Positions 28,695-38,278 of a stretch of DNA of 64,000 nt are shown piece after piece; position 1 is the first letter of the stretch, and every line of letters starts with the position of its first letter. This DNA comes from an uncultured Chloroflexia bacterium (GTDB taxonomy: Bacteria; Chloroflexota; Limnocylindria; Limnocylindrales; CSP1-4): positions 32,001 to 96,000 of the forward strand of contig CAVVNQ010000008.1 in the NCBI GenBank assembly GCA_963749705.1, in the 5' to 3' direction. Made by a program: the position numbers and the translations under genes. The notes beneath the pieces were generated by a model that had not been told where the DNA came from, did no database searches, and worked only from the letters and a program-made list of their open reading frames with translations.

Positions 28695-30089
28695 CTAGTA
28701 CCCGAGCGCCATGTCGTCGGCGTCATGTTCGAAGCCCCGATCCGACGTCGCCTCCGGCAGGCCGGCACGGACGCGCCGCACCACCAGCCCGACCATCACC
28801 ACGGCCAGGACGCCGTACAGGACCGTAAACCCGACCATCGTGATCAGGACCTCCAGCGTCCCGTTGCCCGGCGACACCGCCGTCGCGGTCGGCATCAGGC
28901 CGAACACGATCCACGGCTGGCGCCCGATCTCGGTGAACATCCAGGCGAACGAGTTGGCGGCCAGCGGCAGGAACGGCAGCAGGATCGCCGCGGTCACGGC
29001 CCCCCTGCCCGGCAGCCTGCCCCGGCGCATCGCCCACAGGAACCACAGGGCCGCGAGCGCGGCCAGCGCGCCGGCGCCGATCATCCAGCGGAACGTCCAG
29101 TAGGTGACCGGGGTGTTGGGCGTGTAGTCGCCCGCGCCGTAGGTCTGCTGGTACTCGGCCTGGAGGTCGTTGATCCCCTCGACCTTGCCGTTGAAGTCGC
29201 CGGTGGCGAGGAACGAGAGCACGTTGGGGATGCGGATCGAGAACAGGTCCTGCTTGCCGTCCGGCGTGCCGATCGTGAAGATCGAGAATGACGCGGGCTG
29301 CTCGGTCTGCCACAGCGCCTCGGCGGCCGCCATCTTCATCGGCTGCTGCTCGGTCATGATCTTGCCCTGGATGTCGCCGGTCACCGCGACCAGCAGCCCG
29401 GATACGAGCACGATCGTGGCGCCCGCCGTGGCCGCGACCCGGAACGGCGAGTCCTCGCCCCGCGTCCGCATCAGGCGGTACATCGCGATCCCGGTGATGA
29501 ACGCACCGGCGGTCATGAACGCGGCGGCGATGGTGTGCGGGAACGTGATCAACGCGGTGCTGTTGAGCAGCACCGCGAGGAAGTCCTTGAGCTCGGCGCG
29601 CCCCGCGGCGTCACTGACGACGTAGCCCACCGGGTGCTGCATCCAGGCATTGGCCGCGAGGATGATGTACGCGGAGAGGGCGGTGCCGATGGCCGCGATC
29701 CAGATGGTCGCGAGATGCAGGCCGCGGGACAGCCTGCCCCAGCCGAAGATCCACAACCCCAGGAACGTGGACTCGAGGAAGAACGCCAGGAGGCCCTCGA
29801 TGGCGAGCGGTGCGCCGAAGATGTCGCCCACGAACCGGCTGTAGCTGCTCCAGTTCATGCCGAACTGGAACTCCTGGACGATACCCGTCACGATGCCCAG
29901 CGCGAAGTTGATCAGGAACAGCTCACCGAAGAACCGGGTGAGGCGCAGGTACTTTTCGTTGCCGGTCCGGTACCACGCCGTCTGCAGCCCGGCCACCCAG
30001 AACGACAGGCCGATGGTGAGCGGGACGAACAGGAAGTGGTAGACGGTGGTGATCCCGAACTGCCACCGCGCCAGGTCAAGCGCGTCCAT
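28695..30089 (-). CDS. cydA: Cytochrome bd ubiquinol oxidase subunit I
   Basis: ARWQF...YHFLFVPLT, QEFQFGMNW, QPMKMAAAE, TEIGRQPW; ATG 30089. Confidence 0.97.
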   Translation of the reverse strand: MDALDLARWQFGITTVYHFLFVPLTIGLSFWVAGLQTAWYRTGNEKYLRLTRFFGELFLINFALGIVTGIVQEFQFGMNWSSYSRFVGDIFGAPLAIEGLLAFFLESTFLGLWIFGWGRLSRGLHLATIWIAAIGTALSAYIILAANAWMQHPVGYVVSDAAGRAELKDFLAVLLNSTALITFPHTIAAAFMTAGAFITGIAMYRLMRTRGEDSPFRVAATAGATIVLVSGLLVAVTGDIQGKIMTEQQPMKMAAAEALWQTEQPASFSIFTIGTPDGKQDLFSIRIPNVLSFLATGDFNGKVEGINDLQAEYQQTYGAGDYTPNTPVTYWTFRWMIGAGALAALAALWFLWAMRRGRLPGRGAVTAAILLPFLPLAANSFAWMFTEIGRQPWIVFGLMPTATAVSPGNGTLEVLITMVGFTVLYGVLAVVMVGLVVRRVRAGLPEATSDRGFEHDADDMALGY

Positions 30090-30415
30090 CGATCGCTCCC
30101 ATCGATTGTCCTCATCGCCCCCACGCCATCGGTCCCGTGGCCACGCGGCAGCCACGCCCTCGGTCGGCATTGTGGTCGGACGGGTTGTCGCGCCTCACGG
30201 CTGAACTGCCCGAAACCGGGAGCCACCCGGCCGCCGTCGGTGCCCCCGACGGCCCCTACCGCGGGTGCCGGGACGCCCTCGGCGCGACCCGCGACCCGTG
30301 GGGCGACCGCGCCGCGACACCGGACGCACCCCCGCCGGAGCGGACCGACCACGCCCGCGGCATCGGACGGCACCCCCGCAGGAGGGTCGACGGCGGTCGA
30401 CGTAGGATCAGGGGC

Positions 30416-30724
30416 ATGCAGCGCGATCGGTCGATCCGGCGCCGGCAGTTCGTGTTCGTCGCGTTTGGACGCGGCGCGGTTCTCGACCATGCGCCGCGCT
30501 GGTGGGAGCGCATCTGGCTGCGGCTCAGGCTGCTGTTGCGTGGCGGCGCCGATCCTCAACGCCTCGACGATCTCATCGGTTCGACCGGGCTGCAGCCCCC
30601 GGACAGCGACGACGCCGCGGGGGCGGCCGATCGGGTCCCGCGCCGCCCGCCAGACACGCCACTGGCCGGCGCCATCGCCCTTCCCGAGCCATCCTCATCG
30701 GACGAAACGGCCGCGGGTCGCTGA
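30416..30724 (+). CDS. Small hypothetical protein
   Basis: ATG 7 nt after TAGGAT (leaderless-type); 102 aa ending RRPPDTPLAGAIALPEP...; fills the gap between cydA and the GTPase. Confidence 0.5.
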   Translation: MQRDRSIRRRQFVFVAFGRGAVLDHAPRWWERIWLRLRLLLRGGADPQRLDDLIGSTGLQPPDSDDAAGAADRVPRRPPDTPLAGAIALPEPSSSDETAAGR

Positions 30725-30798
30725 CCGGATCCCCGAACCGGGCCCGGCTCTGAGGCGGCCGAACCTGGCCCCGCCCTTGGAGGCGTCCCGAGTCTGGC

Positions 30799-31728
30799 TC
30801 AGCTGAGGATCTCCACCTCGTCGCCATCGGCGACCTGGTGATCACGCCCGACGCGCTGGCCGGCGAACCGTACCGACGGACCCCACACCCGGGCACCGAC
30901 CGCGGCCTCGCCCAGCTCGTGGTGGACGAGATCGGCGATGTCGGCGACCGTGGATCCGGGCGCGACGGCGGTCGGCTCCTCGTCGATCGTGCCGTCGTGC
31001 CGGAGGCGCACGCGGATCAGGCCCGTGAGCCGCCAGATCGCGGTGCCGAGGGCATCCAGCGCGGCGTCATCGAGCACGGATACAGCGAGCACGGGCAGGT
31101 CGGCGAAGGCGGCGGCAAACGGCACCACGGGATCGCCGTCGACCTCGTCCGCGCGGGTGACCGCGATGATCGCCGGCTTCTCGATCTCCGCGCGGGACAC
31201 CTCGTTCATGACCGTCCGGAGCTCGGCGGGATCCGTCCCCGCCCGCGCGCAGTACACGATCGCGTCGGCCGACCGCAGGACGCCCAGCAGCGCACGACCG
31301 CCGCCGCGATCATCCGCCGCGCCGTCGATCAGCCCCGGGATCTCGACCAGCTGGACCAGCACGCCGCCGATGCGGGTCAGCGCCGGGACCGGCCGCAGGG
31401 TGGTGAACGCGAAGTCGCCGGTCCGGATCTGGATGTCCGAGAGCGCCTGGAGCACCGACGACTTGCCGACGTTCGGCGGGCCGACCAGCGCGATCTGCGC
31501 CGCACCCTCGCGGCGGACGGCGATCGAGTCGCGGTGGACCGCGCTGGAGCGGACCCGGGTGTCCTCGATCTCGGCCTGGAGCGCCTTCCGCAGGTCCGCG
31601 TACGGGCCGTTCCGATAGTCGGGAAGCTCCGCGAGCAGGGCCCGGACCTCGCGGATCCGTTCGCGCCCTTCCTTCCCGATGAGCCGCCGCTTGGCGACCT
31701 GTGCGAATGTGCGATGCGGCATCGGCAT
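30799..31728 (-). CDS. DRG-like (OBG superfamily) GTPase with C-terminal TGS domain
   Basis: VRREGAAQIALVGPPNVGKS, FAFTT, EIPGLIDGAADDRGGGR, RSADAI, STVADIADLVH, ARVWGPSVRFAGQRVGRDH.VADGDEVEI. Confidence 0.88.
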   Translation of the reverse strand: MPMPHRTFAQVAKRRLIGKEGRERIREVRALLAELPDYRNGPYADLRKALQAEIEDTRVRSSAVHRDSIAVRREGAAQIALVGPPNVGKSSVLQALSDIQIRTGDFAFTTLRPVPALTRIGGVLVQLVEIPGLIDGAADDRGGGRALLGVLRSADAIVYCARAGTDPAELRTVMNEVSRAEIEKPAIIAVTRADEVDGDPVVPFAAAFADLPVLAVSVLDDAALDALGTAIWRLTGLIRVRLRHDGTIDEEPTAVAPGSTVADIADLVHHELGEAAVGARVWGPSVRFAGQRVGRDHQVADGDEVEILS

Positions 31729-31816
31729 GACCGCGATCTCCTCTCGAGCTGCCGGCGAGGCGACACGGACAGCCCACCGCCGATCAGGCGATGGATCTCG
31801 GCCCGCGTCTGCGCTC

Positions 31817-31922
31817 GCCCCTTCCCCCTGACGCCGGTGTGGGAAGGGGCCGATCAGCCGTTCTTGTTCGAGATGGAGGCGAGCCAGGCGCGCAGCGGGC
31901 GCCCGGCGACGGTCTTGGTCAT
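31817..31922 (-). promoter_or_regulatory. Putative leader of the GTPase: 22-aa uORF plus 10-bp hairpin
   Basis: uORF 31922-31854 MTKTVAGRPLRAWLASISNKNG*; stem GCCCCTTCCC (31817-31826)/GGGAAGGGGC (31841-31850); TACCAT -10 just upstream. Confidence 0.5.
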
Positions 31923-32002
31923 GGCATCGCGCATGGTAACGGACCCGAGGGCGTGTCGCGACCGCGGCCGCCGCACGACCTCGACTGCCACAATTGGTCC
32001 CG

Positions 32003-32695
32003 ATGCCCCGCTATCGATGGCTCCTGTTCGACGCCGACAACACGTTGTTCGACTTCGATCGCGCCGAGGTCGAGGCGCTGCGACGGACGTTCGAGCAGCT
32101 TGGCATCGCGTTCGGCCCCGACCACCTGCCCGTGTATCGACGCGTCAACCGCGAGACCTGGCGCGCGCTCGAGCACGGCGAGATCTCGGCGGAGGAGCTG
32201 CGGACGCGGCGGTTCGAGCTGCTGTTCGAGGCGCTGGGCATCGATGCCGATGCGGAGCGGTTCAGCGCCGCGTACCTGCCCAACCTTGCGCTCCAGGGGC
32301 ACCTGGTGCCCGACGCGCTGGCGGTCGTCCGCGAGCTCCACGCCTCGTACCGGCTGGCGATCATCACCAATGGCCTGGGTGACGTCCAGCGTCCCCGGCT
32401 CGCCCGATCGGCCATCCGCGACTGCATCGCCGAGCTCGTCATCTCGGAGGAGGTCGGCGCGGCCAAGCCGGACCCGGCGATCTTCGATGCGGCGTTCGCG
32501 CGGATGGGCCGGCCCGGTCGCGACGAGGTGCTGCTCATCGGCGACAACCTGGCATCCGACATCGCGGGCGGGATCGCCTACGGGATCGACACCTGCTGGT
32601 ACAACCCCGGTGGGGCGACTCGGGTCGACGGGGTGGTGCCCACGTACGAGGTCCGCGGCCTGGCCGAGCTGCCGGCGCTGCTCACCCTCGCCTGA
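32003..32695 (+). CDS. HAD hydrolase, YjjG-like nucleotidase
   Basis: LFDADNTLFDF, IITNG, ISEEVGAAKPD, IGDNLASDIAGG. Confidence 0.92.
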   Translation: MPRYRWLLFDADNTLFDFDRAEVEALRRTFEQLGIAFGPDHLPVYRRVNRETWRALEHGEISAEELRTRRFELLFEALGIDADAERFSAAYLPNLALQGHLVPDALAVVRELHASYRLAIITNGLGDVQRPRLARSAIRDCIAELVISEEVGAAKPDPAIFDAAFARMGRPGRDEVLLIGDNLASDIAGGIAYGIDTCWYNPGGATRVDGVVPTYEVRGLAELPALLTLA

Positions 32696-32723
32696 CCCGG
32701 GTCGACCGACCGGACGGGCGCCG

Positions 32724-33575
32724 TCAGCGAGCGGTGGCGGCCCTCAGGCGTTGGACGAGGGCCGACAGCGCGGGCACGTCGCGGCCATCTGGGCCCAGCG
32801 CGTCAACCAGCGCCGAGGCGACGATCACGCCGTCGGCACCGGCTCGGGCGATCGCGCGGACATGCGCGGGCTTCGACACCCCGAACCCGACGCCCACGGG
32901 GATCGGCGATGCCCCGGTCACCGCACGGACGAGTCGGGCGACCGACGGCGACAGCGACGTCCGGGCGCCGGTCACGCCCACCAGCGAGACGCAGTACAGG
33001 AAGCCGCCGCTCCGGGCGGCGATGCGCGCGACCCGCTCCGGCGCCGTGGTCGGCGCGACCAGGTAGACGACGGCGATGCCGGCCTCCGCGGCGACCGCCT
33101 CGAACGGCCCGCCCTCGTCGGGGGTGAGGTCGGCCACGATGACCCCGGCGGCGCCGGCGCTCGCGAGCGTGCGGGCGCGACCGCTGCCATCGCCACCGCC
33201 GATGAGCTGGTTCGCGTAGCCCATCGCGATGACCGGCGTCGCGGGCCGGGCTGCCGCGATCCTGGCCACCAGCGCGAGCGATCGGTCGAACGTTGCGCCG
33301 GCGGCCAGCGCCCCCTGCGAGGCACGCTGCAACGTGGCGCCGTCGGCGAGCGGATCGGAGTACGGGAGCCCGACCTCGAGCAGGTCCGCGCCGGCGTCGA
33401 TCGCCGCGCACGCGTTGGCGAAGCTGGCGTCGGCGTCCGGATAGCCGGCAACCACGTACGGGATCAGGGCCGCGCGATTGTCGGCGCGCGCGCTCGCGAA
33501 CACCGCGGCGATCCGGCGCGCGCCGGGGGTGTCGTTGGTGCCGCCGGCGTGGGCTGGTGATGCGGCGACGGTCAT
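32724..33575 (-). CDS. trpA: Tryptophan synthase alpha subunit
   Basis: LEVGLPYSDPLADGATLQ, LVAPTT, YCVSLVGVTGAR, VGFGVS; ATG 33575. Confidence 0.96.
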   Translation of the reverse strand: MTVAASPAHAGGTNDTPGARRIAAVFASARADNRAALIPYVVAGYPDADASFANACAAIDAGADLLEVGLPYSDPLADGATLQRASQGALAAGATFDRSLALVARIAAARPATPVIAMGYANQLIGGGDGSGRARTLASAGAAGVIVADLTPDEGGPFEAVAAEAGIAVVYLVAPTTAPERVARIAARSGGFLYCVSLVGVTGARTSLSPSVARLVRAVTGASPIPVGVGFGVSKPAHVRAIARAGADGVIVASALVDALGPDGRDVPALSALVQRLRAATAR

Positions 33576-33627
33576 CGCGTGACCCCCTCGATGTTCGCCA
33601 TCCCCGTCCCCGCCGATGCGCGGGGAT

Positions 33628-36528
33628 TCATCGCGTACCCTCCCACGGCTCGACGTCGGTGAACCGTTCGAGCGCCGAGAGGTCCTTGTCACCCCGCCCG
33701 GAGAACCCCAGCAGCACCAGCGCGTCGTCGGGCAGCGGGACGCCGGACCCCTCCACCCCGGCCAGCAGCTTGGGCAGCGCGGCAACCGCGTGCGCGGTCT
33801 CGAGCGCCGGCAGGATGCCCTCGGTCCGGGTCACCGTGCGCATCGCCGCAACGGCCTCGCGATCGGTTGCCGTGCCGACCTCGAGTCGCCCGCCCTCGGC
33901 GAGCGCGGCCAGCTGCGGCCCCACCCCCGGGTAGTCGAGGCCGGCCGACGCGCTGTGCGCCTCGACCACCTGCCCGTCGCGGTCCTGGAGCATCAGCGAC
34001 CGCGAGCCGTGGAGGATCCCGGGCGTGCCGCCGACGATCGCCGCCGCGTGGCGCCCCGTCTCCACCCCGTCGCCCGCCGCCTCGGCGACCGCAAGCCGCA
34101 CGGAACGCTCGCCGATGAACCGCGACAGCAGCCCGATCGCGTTCGATCCGCCACCCACGCATGCGATCGCGAGATCCGGAAGCCGGCCCTCGACCGCCCA
34201 CAGCTGCGCGGCCGCCTCATCACCGATCCGGCGCTGGAGGTCGCGGACGATGGTGGGATACGGGTGCGGGCCCATCGCCGACCCGAGCACGTAATGCGTG
34301 GTCTCGACGTTGGTGACCCAGTCGCGCATCGCCTCGTTGACCGCGTCCTTGAGCGTCGCGGTCCCCGACGTGACGCTCCGGACCTCGGCCCCAAGCGCGC
34401 GCATCCGGAGCACGTTCGGCGCCTGGCGACGGATGTCCTCCTCGCCCATGAACACGACGCACGGGAGGCCGAGCAGCGCGCACGCGGTGGCCGTCGCGAC
34501 GCCGTGCTGCCCGGCACCGGTCTCGGCGATCACCCGCGACTTGCCCAGCCGCCGGGTGAGCAGCGCCTGGCCCAGCGCGTTGTTGATCTTGTGGGCGCCG
34601 GTGTGCGCGAGGTCCTCGCGCTTGAGGTACAGCCGGAAGGCCGGGATCGCACTGGCCCCCGGGCGCCCCGCGGCGATGCGGCGACGCTCATCGCGGACCG
34701 GGGTGCGTGCGCCCGCGCGGCCCCCCGCATCGATGCGCCGAGCCTCATCGGCAACCGCCGAAGCGAGGCGGTCTGCCCGGTACAGCGCGGTCGGCCGGCC
34801 GGCATAGGTCGACAGCAGGTCGTCGAGCTCGGCCCAGAACCTCGGGTCGTGGCGCAGGCTGTCGTAGGCATCCTCGAGCTGCCGGAGCGCCGCAAACAGC
34901 GTCTCGGGGACGTAGCGTCCCCCGAAGTCGCGCTCCTTGCCCCATCGGCCGGCCGCGTCCACCTCGAGCAGGCCCGGGTGGACGGGCGTCGGCGCGAACG
35001 CGACGTTGGGCCGGTGACGACGAGCGTCCCGGGCGCGCTTGACGAACAGGGCCACCCGGACCGGGTCCTTGCGCGGGCGCTCGCCGGGCACCCTGGGCAG
35101 GTCGGTCCCCGATGCCGTGTCGACGCCGACCGCGGGAACGGCCAGCACGGCATCAGAGACGTTGCCCGGGTTGAGCCCGCCGGCGAGCACCACCGGCACC
35201 TCGCGGGCGACGGCGGCCGCCAGGCCGACCGGGATCCGGATCCCCGTGCCGCCCGGGTACGGCCCGCCCGCGGAATCGAGCAGGATCCGCGCGGCCCCGG
35301 CGGCGAGGTATGCCTGCGCCCGCTCGACCACCCGGGCCGCCACGTCATCGGATCGCAGCCGGAGCGCCTTCCAGACCGGCCGCCCGACCGCGGCGACGTA
35401 CCCGGTGGTCTCGTCGCCGCTGAGCTGGACCACGTCGGGATCGACGGCCGCGACAGCGCCCACAAGCGCATCGGCCGGCAGGTCGGCGGTGACCAGGACG
35501 ATGAGCGGATGCCCCTGACCCCCGATCCGGCGGGCGGCCCGGGCGAGGTCGGCCCCCTCGCCAGCCGCCAGCTCACGTGGCGTTCCCGGCGCGAAGTTGA
35601 GGCCGATCGCCTCGGCACCGGCGCGCACGGCCGCCGCCACGCCGGCCTCGTCCGTGACGCCGCAGATCTTGACGATCGGCGCCCGGGCGACCGCCGTCGC
35701 GTCATCGGGGTTGCGCCCCGCGGCGACGAATGCGCGAGCCGCCGCGGACGGATCTGCCGAGCGCATCAGCGCCTCGCCGACGAGCGCGGCATCGAAGCCC
35801 GTGGCGCGCCAGCGGCGGATCGTCGCCGGGTCGCGGACGCCGGACTCGGCGACGACCAAACGGTCCGCTGGGACCAGCTCGTGCAGCCGCACGGCGCGCT
35901 CCGGGTCGACCTCGAGCGTGCGCAGGTCGCGGTTGTTGATCCCGATCAGGCGGGCGTCGGTCGCAAGCGCGAGACTCAGCTCGCGGGCATCGTGCGCCTC
36001 GACCAGCGGCTCCATGCCCAGGTCGCGCGCACGCGCAACGAGGCGTGCCAGGCGGCGGGCCGGGTGGAGGACGGCGAGCAGGAGCACGATGTCGGCGCCC
36101 GCGCCGCGGAGCAGGTCCAGCTGCCGGGCGTCGACCACGAACTCCTTGGCCAGGACCGGCACCGAGACCGCGGCTCGCACCTCCCGAAGGTCGTCCACGG
36201 AGCCGCCGAACCAATGGGGCTCGCACAGCACCGAGATGGCCGCGGCTTCGCCGGCCGCGTACGCACGGGCGCGCGCGACGGCATCGTCGCCCGCCGCGAT
36301 CGCCCCCGCCGACGGGGATCGTCGCTTGACCTCGGCGATCAGGTGGAGGCCGGGTCCGGCGAGCAGCTCGGCGATCGGGCGCGGCGCCGGCGCTGCCGAT
36401 ACCGCGCGAGCCAGCCCGGCACGACCGAGCGCGTCCAGCCCGGGCCGGACGTCGGCCAGGCGGCGCGCGGCAATCTCGCGGACCACGTTCCCGCGGCGCG
36501 TGGCCGATTCCCGCTCCGCGACCGTCAT
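33628..36528 (-). CDS. trpB: Fused indole-3-glycerol phosphate synthase / PRA isomerase / tryptophan synthase beta (TrpC-TrpF-TrpB)
   Basis: One 966-aa ORF: IAEVKRRSPS..GINNRDL..ESG (TrpC); VKICGVT..LAGGLNPGNV (TrpF); GGRYVPE..KREDLAHTGAHKINN..ETGAGQHG..SGRGDKD (TrpB). Confidence 0.93.
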   Translation of the reverse strand: MTVAERESATRRGNVVREIAARRLADVRPGLDALGRAGLARAVSAAPAPRPIAELLAGPGLHLIAEVKRRSPSAGAIAAGDDAVARARAYAAGEAAAISVLCEPHWFGGSVDDLREVRAAVSVPVLAKEFVVDARQLDLLRGAGADIVLLLAVLHPARRLARLVARARDLGMEPLVEAHDARELSLALATDARLIGINNRDLRTLEVDPERAVRLHELVPADRLVVAESGVRDPATIRRWRATGFDAALVGEALMRSADPSAAARAFVAAGRNPDDATAVARAPIVKICGVTDEAGVAAAVRAGAEAIGLNFAPGTPRELAAGEGADLARAARRIGGQGHPLIVLVTADLPADALVGAVAAVDPDVVQLSGDETTGYVAAVGRPVWKALRLRSDDVAARVVERAQAYLAAGAARILLDSAGGPYPGGTGIRIPVGLAAAVAREVPVVLAGGLNPGNVSDAVLAVPAVGVDTASGTDLPRVPGERPRKDPVRVALFVKRARDARRHRPNVAFAPTPVHPGLLEVDAAGRWGKERDFGGRYVPETLFAALRQLEDAYDSLRHDPRFWAELDDLLSTYAGRPTALYRADRLASAVADEARRIDAGGRAGARTPVRDERRRIAAGRPGASAIPAFRLYLKREDLAHTGAHKINNALGQALLTRRLGKSRVIAETGAGQHGVATATACALLGLPCVVFMGEEDIRRQAPNVLRMRALGAEVRSVTSGTATLKDAVNEAMRDWVTNVETTHYVLGSAMGPHPYPTIVRDLQRRIGDEAAAQLWAVEGRLPDLAIACVGGGSNAIGLLSRFIGERSVRLAVAEAAGDGVETGRHAAAIVGGTPGILHGSRSLMLQDRDGQVVEAHSASAGLDYPGVGPQLAALAEGGRLEVGTATDREAVAAMRTVTRTEGILPALETAHAVAALPKLLAGVEGSGVPLPDDALVLLGFSGRGDKDLSALERFTDVEPWEGTR

Positions 36529-37565
36529 GCCGGCGCACCCGCGGCCACATCGGCGGCCCGTCGCTCGGCCCGCAGCCGGCCCAGCAGCTCCGACGTGAGA
36601 CCGGCGTCGATGGTGAGCGCGGCACGGTCGATGCCGGCCTCGATCGTGGACACCACGCCGGCCGCGACCAGCGCCGCGCCGGCGTTGAGCAGCACGACAT
36701 CACGCCGCGCCCCGGGCTCCCCACGCAGCACACCCTCGACCAGGGCTGCGTTGGCCGCCGGGTCGCTGCCGCCGAGGGCCGTCGTCTTCGCCTTCCGGAG
36801 ACCCAGCGCTTCCGGGTCGACGTCGCGTCGCTCGATCCCCTCGGGCGTCACGTCGTAGATCACCCCGGACCCGTCGAGCGGCAGCTCGTCGACGCCGGCG
36901 CCGTGCACGACCAGCGTGCGCTCGGTCCCCAGCAGGCGGAGGACCTCTGCGATCCTCGGCGCGGCCGCCGCATCGCCGACCCCGATCAGTGCCCGCCTCG
37001 CCCCGGCCGGGTTGGTCATCGGGCCGAGCAGGTTGAACACGGTTCGGACGCCGATCTCCCTGCGGGTAGGCCCCGCATGGCGCATGGCAGGGTGATACGA
37101 CGGAGCAAACAGGAACGCGAACCCGAGCTCGACGATCGAGCGGGCGGCCGACGTCGCGTCGTGGTCGATCCGGATCCCCAGCGCGTCCAGCACGTCGGCC
37201 GAGCCCGACTTCGAGGTGATCGCGCGGTTGCCGTGCTTGGCCACCGGCACGCCGCACGCCGCCACGACGAGCGCCGCCGTGGTCGAGATGTTGAACGTGC
37301 CCGAGCCGTCCCCGCCGGTGCCCACAACGTCGATCGTGCCCTCGGGCGCCTCGACCCGGATGACGCGCTCGCGCATCGCGGACGCGAAGCCCGCCAGCTC
37401 CTCGACCGTCTCGCCGCGCATCCGCAGGCCCATCAGCAGGGCGGCCAGCTGCGACGGGGTCGCCTCACCGTCCATCACGGCGCCCATCGCCAGGCGGGCC
37501 TCGTCCATCGTGAGCGTGCCGCCCTCGACGATCGACGCCAGCGCGGCGCGCACCTGGTCGCTCAT
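36525..37565 (-). CDS. trpD: Anthranilate phosphoribosyltransferase
   Basis: VVGTGGDGSGTFNIST, KHGNRAITSKSGSAD, RTVFNLLGP; ATG 37565. Confidence 0.96.
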   Translation of the reverse strand: MSDQVRAALASIVEGGTLTMDEARLAMGAVMDGEATPSQLAALLMGLRMRGETVEELAGFASAMRERVIRVEAPEGTIDVVGTGGDGSGTFNISTTAALVVAACGVPVAKHGNRAITSKSGSADVLDALGIRIDHDATSAARSIVELGFAFLFAPSYHPAMRHAGPTRREIGVRTVFNLLGPMTNPAGARRALIGVGDAAAAPRIAEVLRLLGTERTLVVHGAGVDELPLDGSGVIYDVTPEGIERRDVDPEALGLRKAKTTALGGSDPAANAALVEGVLRGEPGARRDVVLLNAGAALVAAGVVSTIEAGIDRAALTIDAGLTSELLGRLRAERRAADVAAGAPA

Positions 37566-38278
37566 CGGGCGGCTCCCGCGACCGGTCCTGCCGGCGTCGC
37601 CGGGCCGAGGCCCTCGCCGTCGCGCTCGGCCATCCCGCGCGTCGCGAACGAGCCCGACGCCGCATCGAGCCGCGACGCCTCGCCCTCGCCGGCCAGCCGC
37701 AGGAAGTTGGCAAGCAGGTGCGGGCCGTCTGGGGTGAGCACGGACTCCGGGTGGAACTGGACGCCCTCCATCGGCAGGCTCCGATGGCGGAGGCCCATCA
37801 CCACGCCGTCGACGGGGCTGGTCGCGGTCAGGATCAGCTCGCCCGGGATCCGGGCGGGGTCGACGCACAGCGAGTGGTAGCGCGCGGCCGGGAAGTCCGC
37901 GGGCATCCCGTCCAGCAGGCCCAGCCCGTCGTGGGACACCGCGGACGCCTCGCCGTGCACGAGGGTTGGCGCTCGGACGATCTCGCCGCCGAAGGCCACC
38001 GCCATCGACTGCATGCCGAGGCACACGCCGAGCAGCGGGATCCCGCGCTCCGCGGCGACCTGGACGGTCGCGACGGACACGCCCGCGGTGTCGGGGTCTC
38101 CGGGACCGGGCGAGACGACGATGCCGCGCAGGTCCTGACCGGGATCGGCGGCCATGGCCTCGAGCTCCTCGCGGGTCACGGCATCGTTGCGCATCACCGT
38201 GACCACGGCGCCGGCAGCCTGAAGCGCCTGGACCAGGTTGAACGTGAACGAGTCGTAGTTGTCGATCATCAGGATCAT
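37562..38278 (-). CDS. trpG: Anthranilate synthase component II
   Basis: IDNYDSFTFN, SPGPG, GVCLG, RYHSL, QFHPES. Confidence 0.96.
   Translation of the reverse strand: MILMIDNYDSFTFNLVQALQAAGAVVTVMRNDAVTREELEAMAADPGQDLRGIVVSPGPGDPDTAGVSVATVQVAAERGIPLLGVCLGMQSMAVAFGGEIVRAPTLVHGEASAVSHDGLGLLDGMPADFPAARYHSLCVDPARIPGELILTATSPVDGVVMGLRHRSLPMEGVQFHPESVLTPDGPHLLANFLRLAGEGEASRLDAASGSFATRGMAERDGEGLGPATPAGPVAGAAR

Noticed and set aside
33616-36858. Long antisense ORFs (e.g. 33616..36858+, 4661..6790+, 46813..49326+, 54980..56995+, 58788..61316-, 28..915+)
   Set aside because: Shadow ORFs opposite well-supported genes, expected at high GC; no domain motifs.
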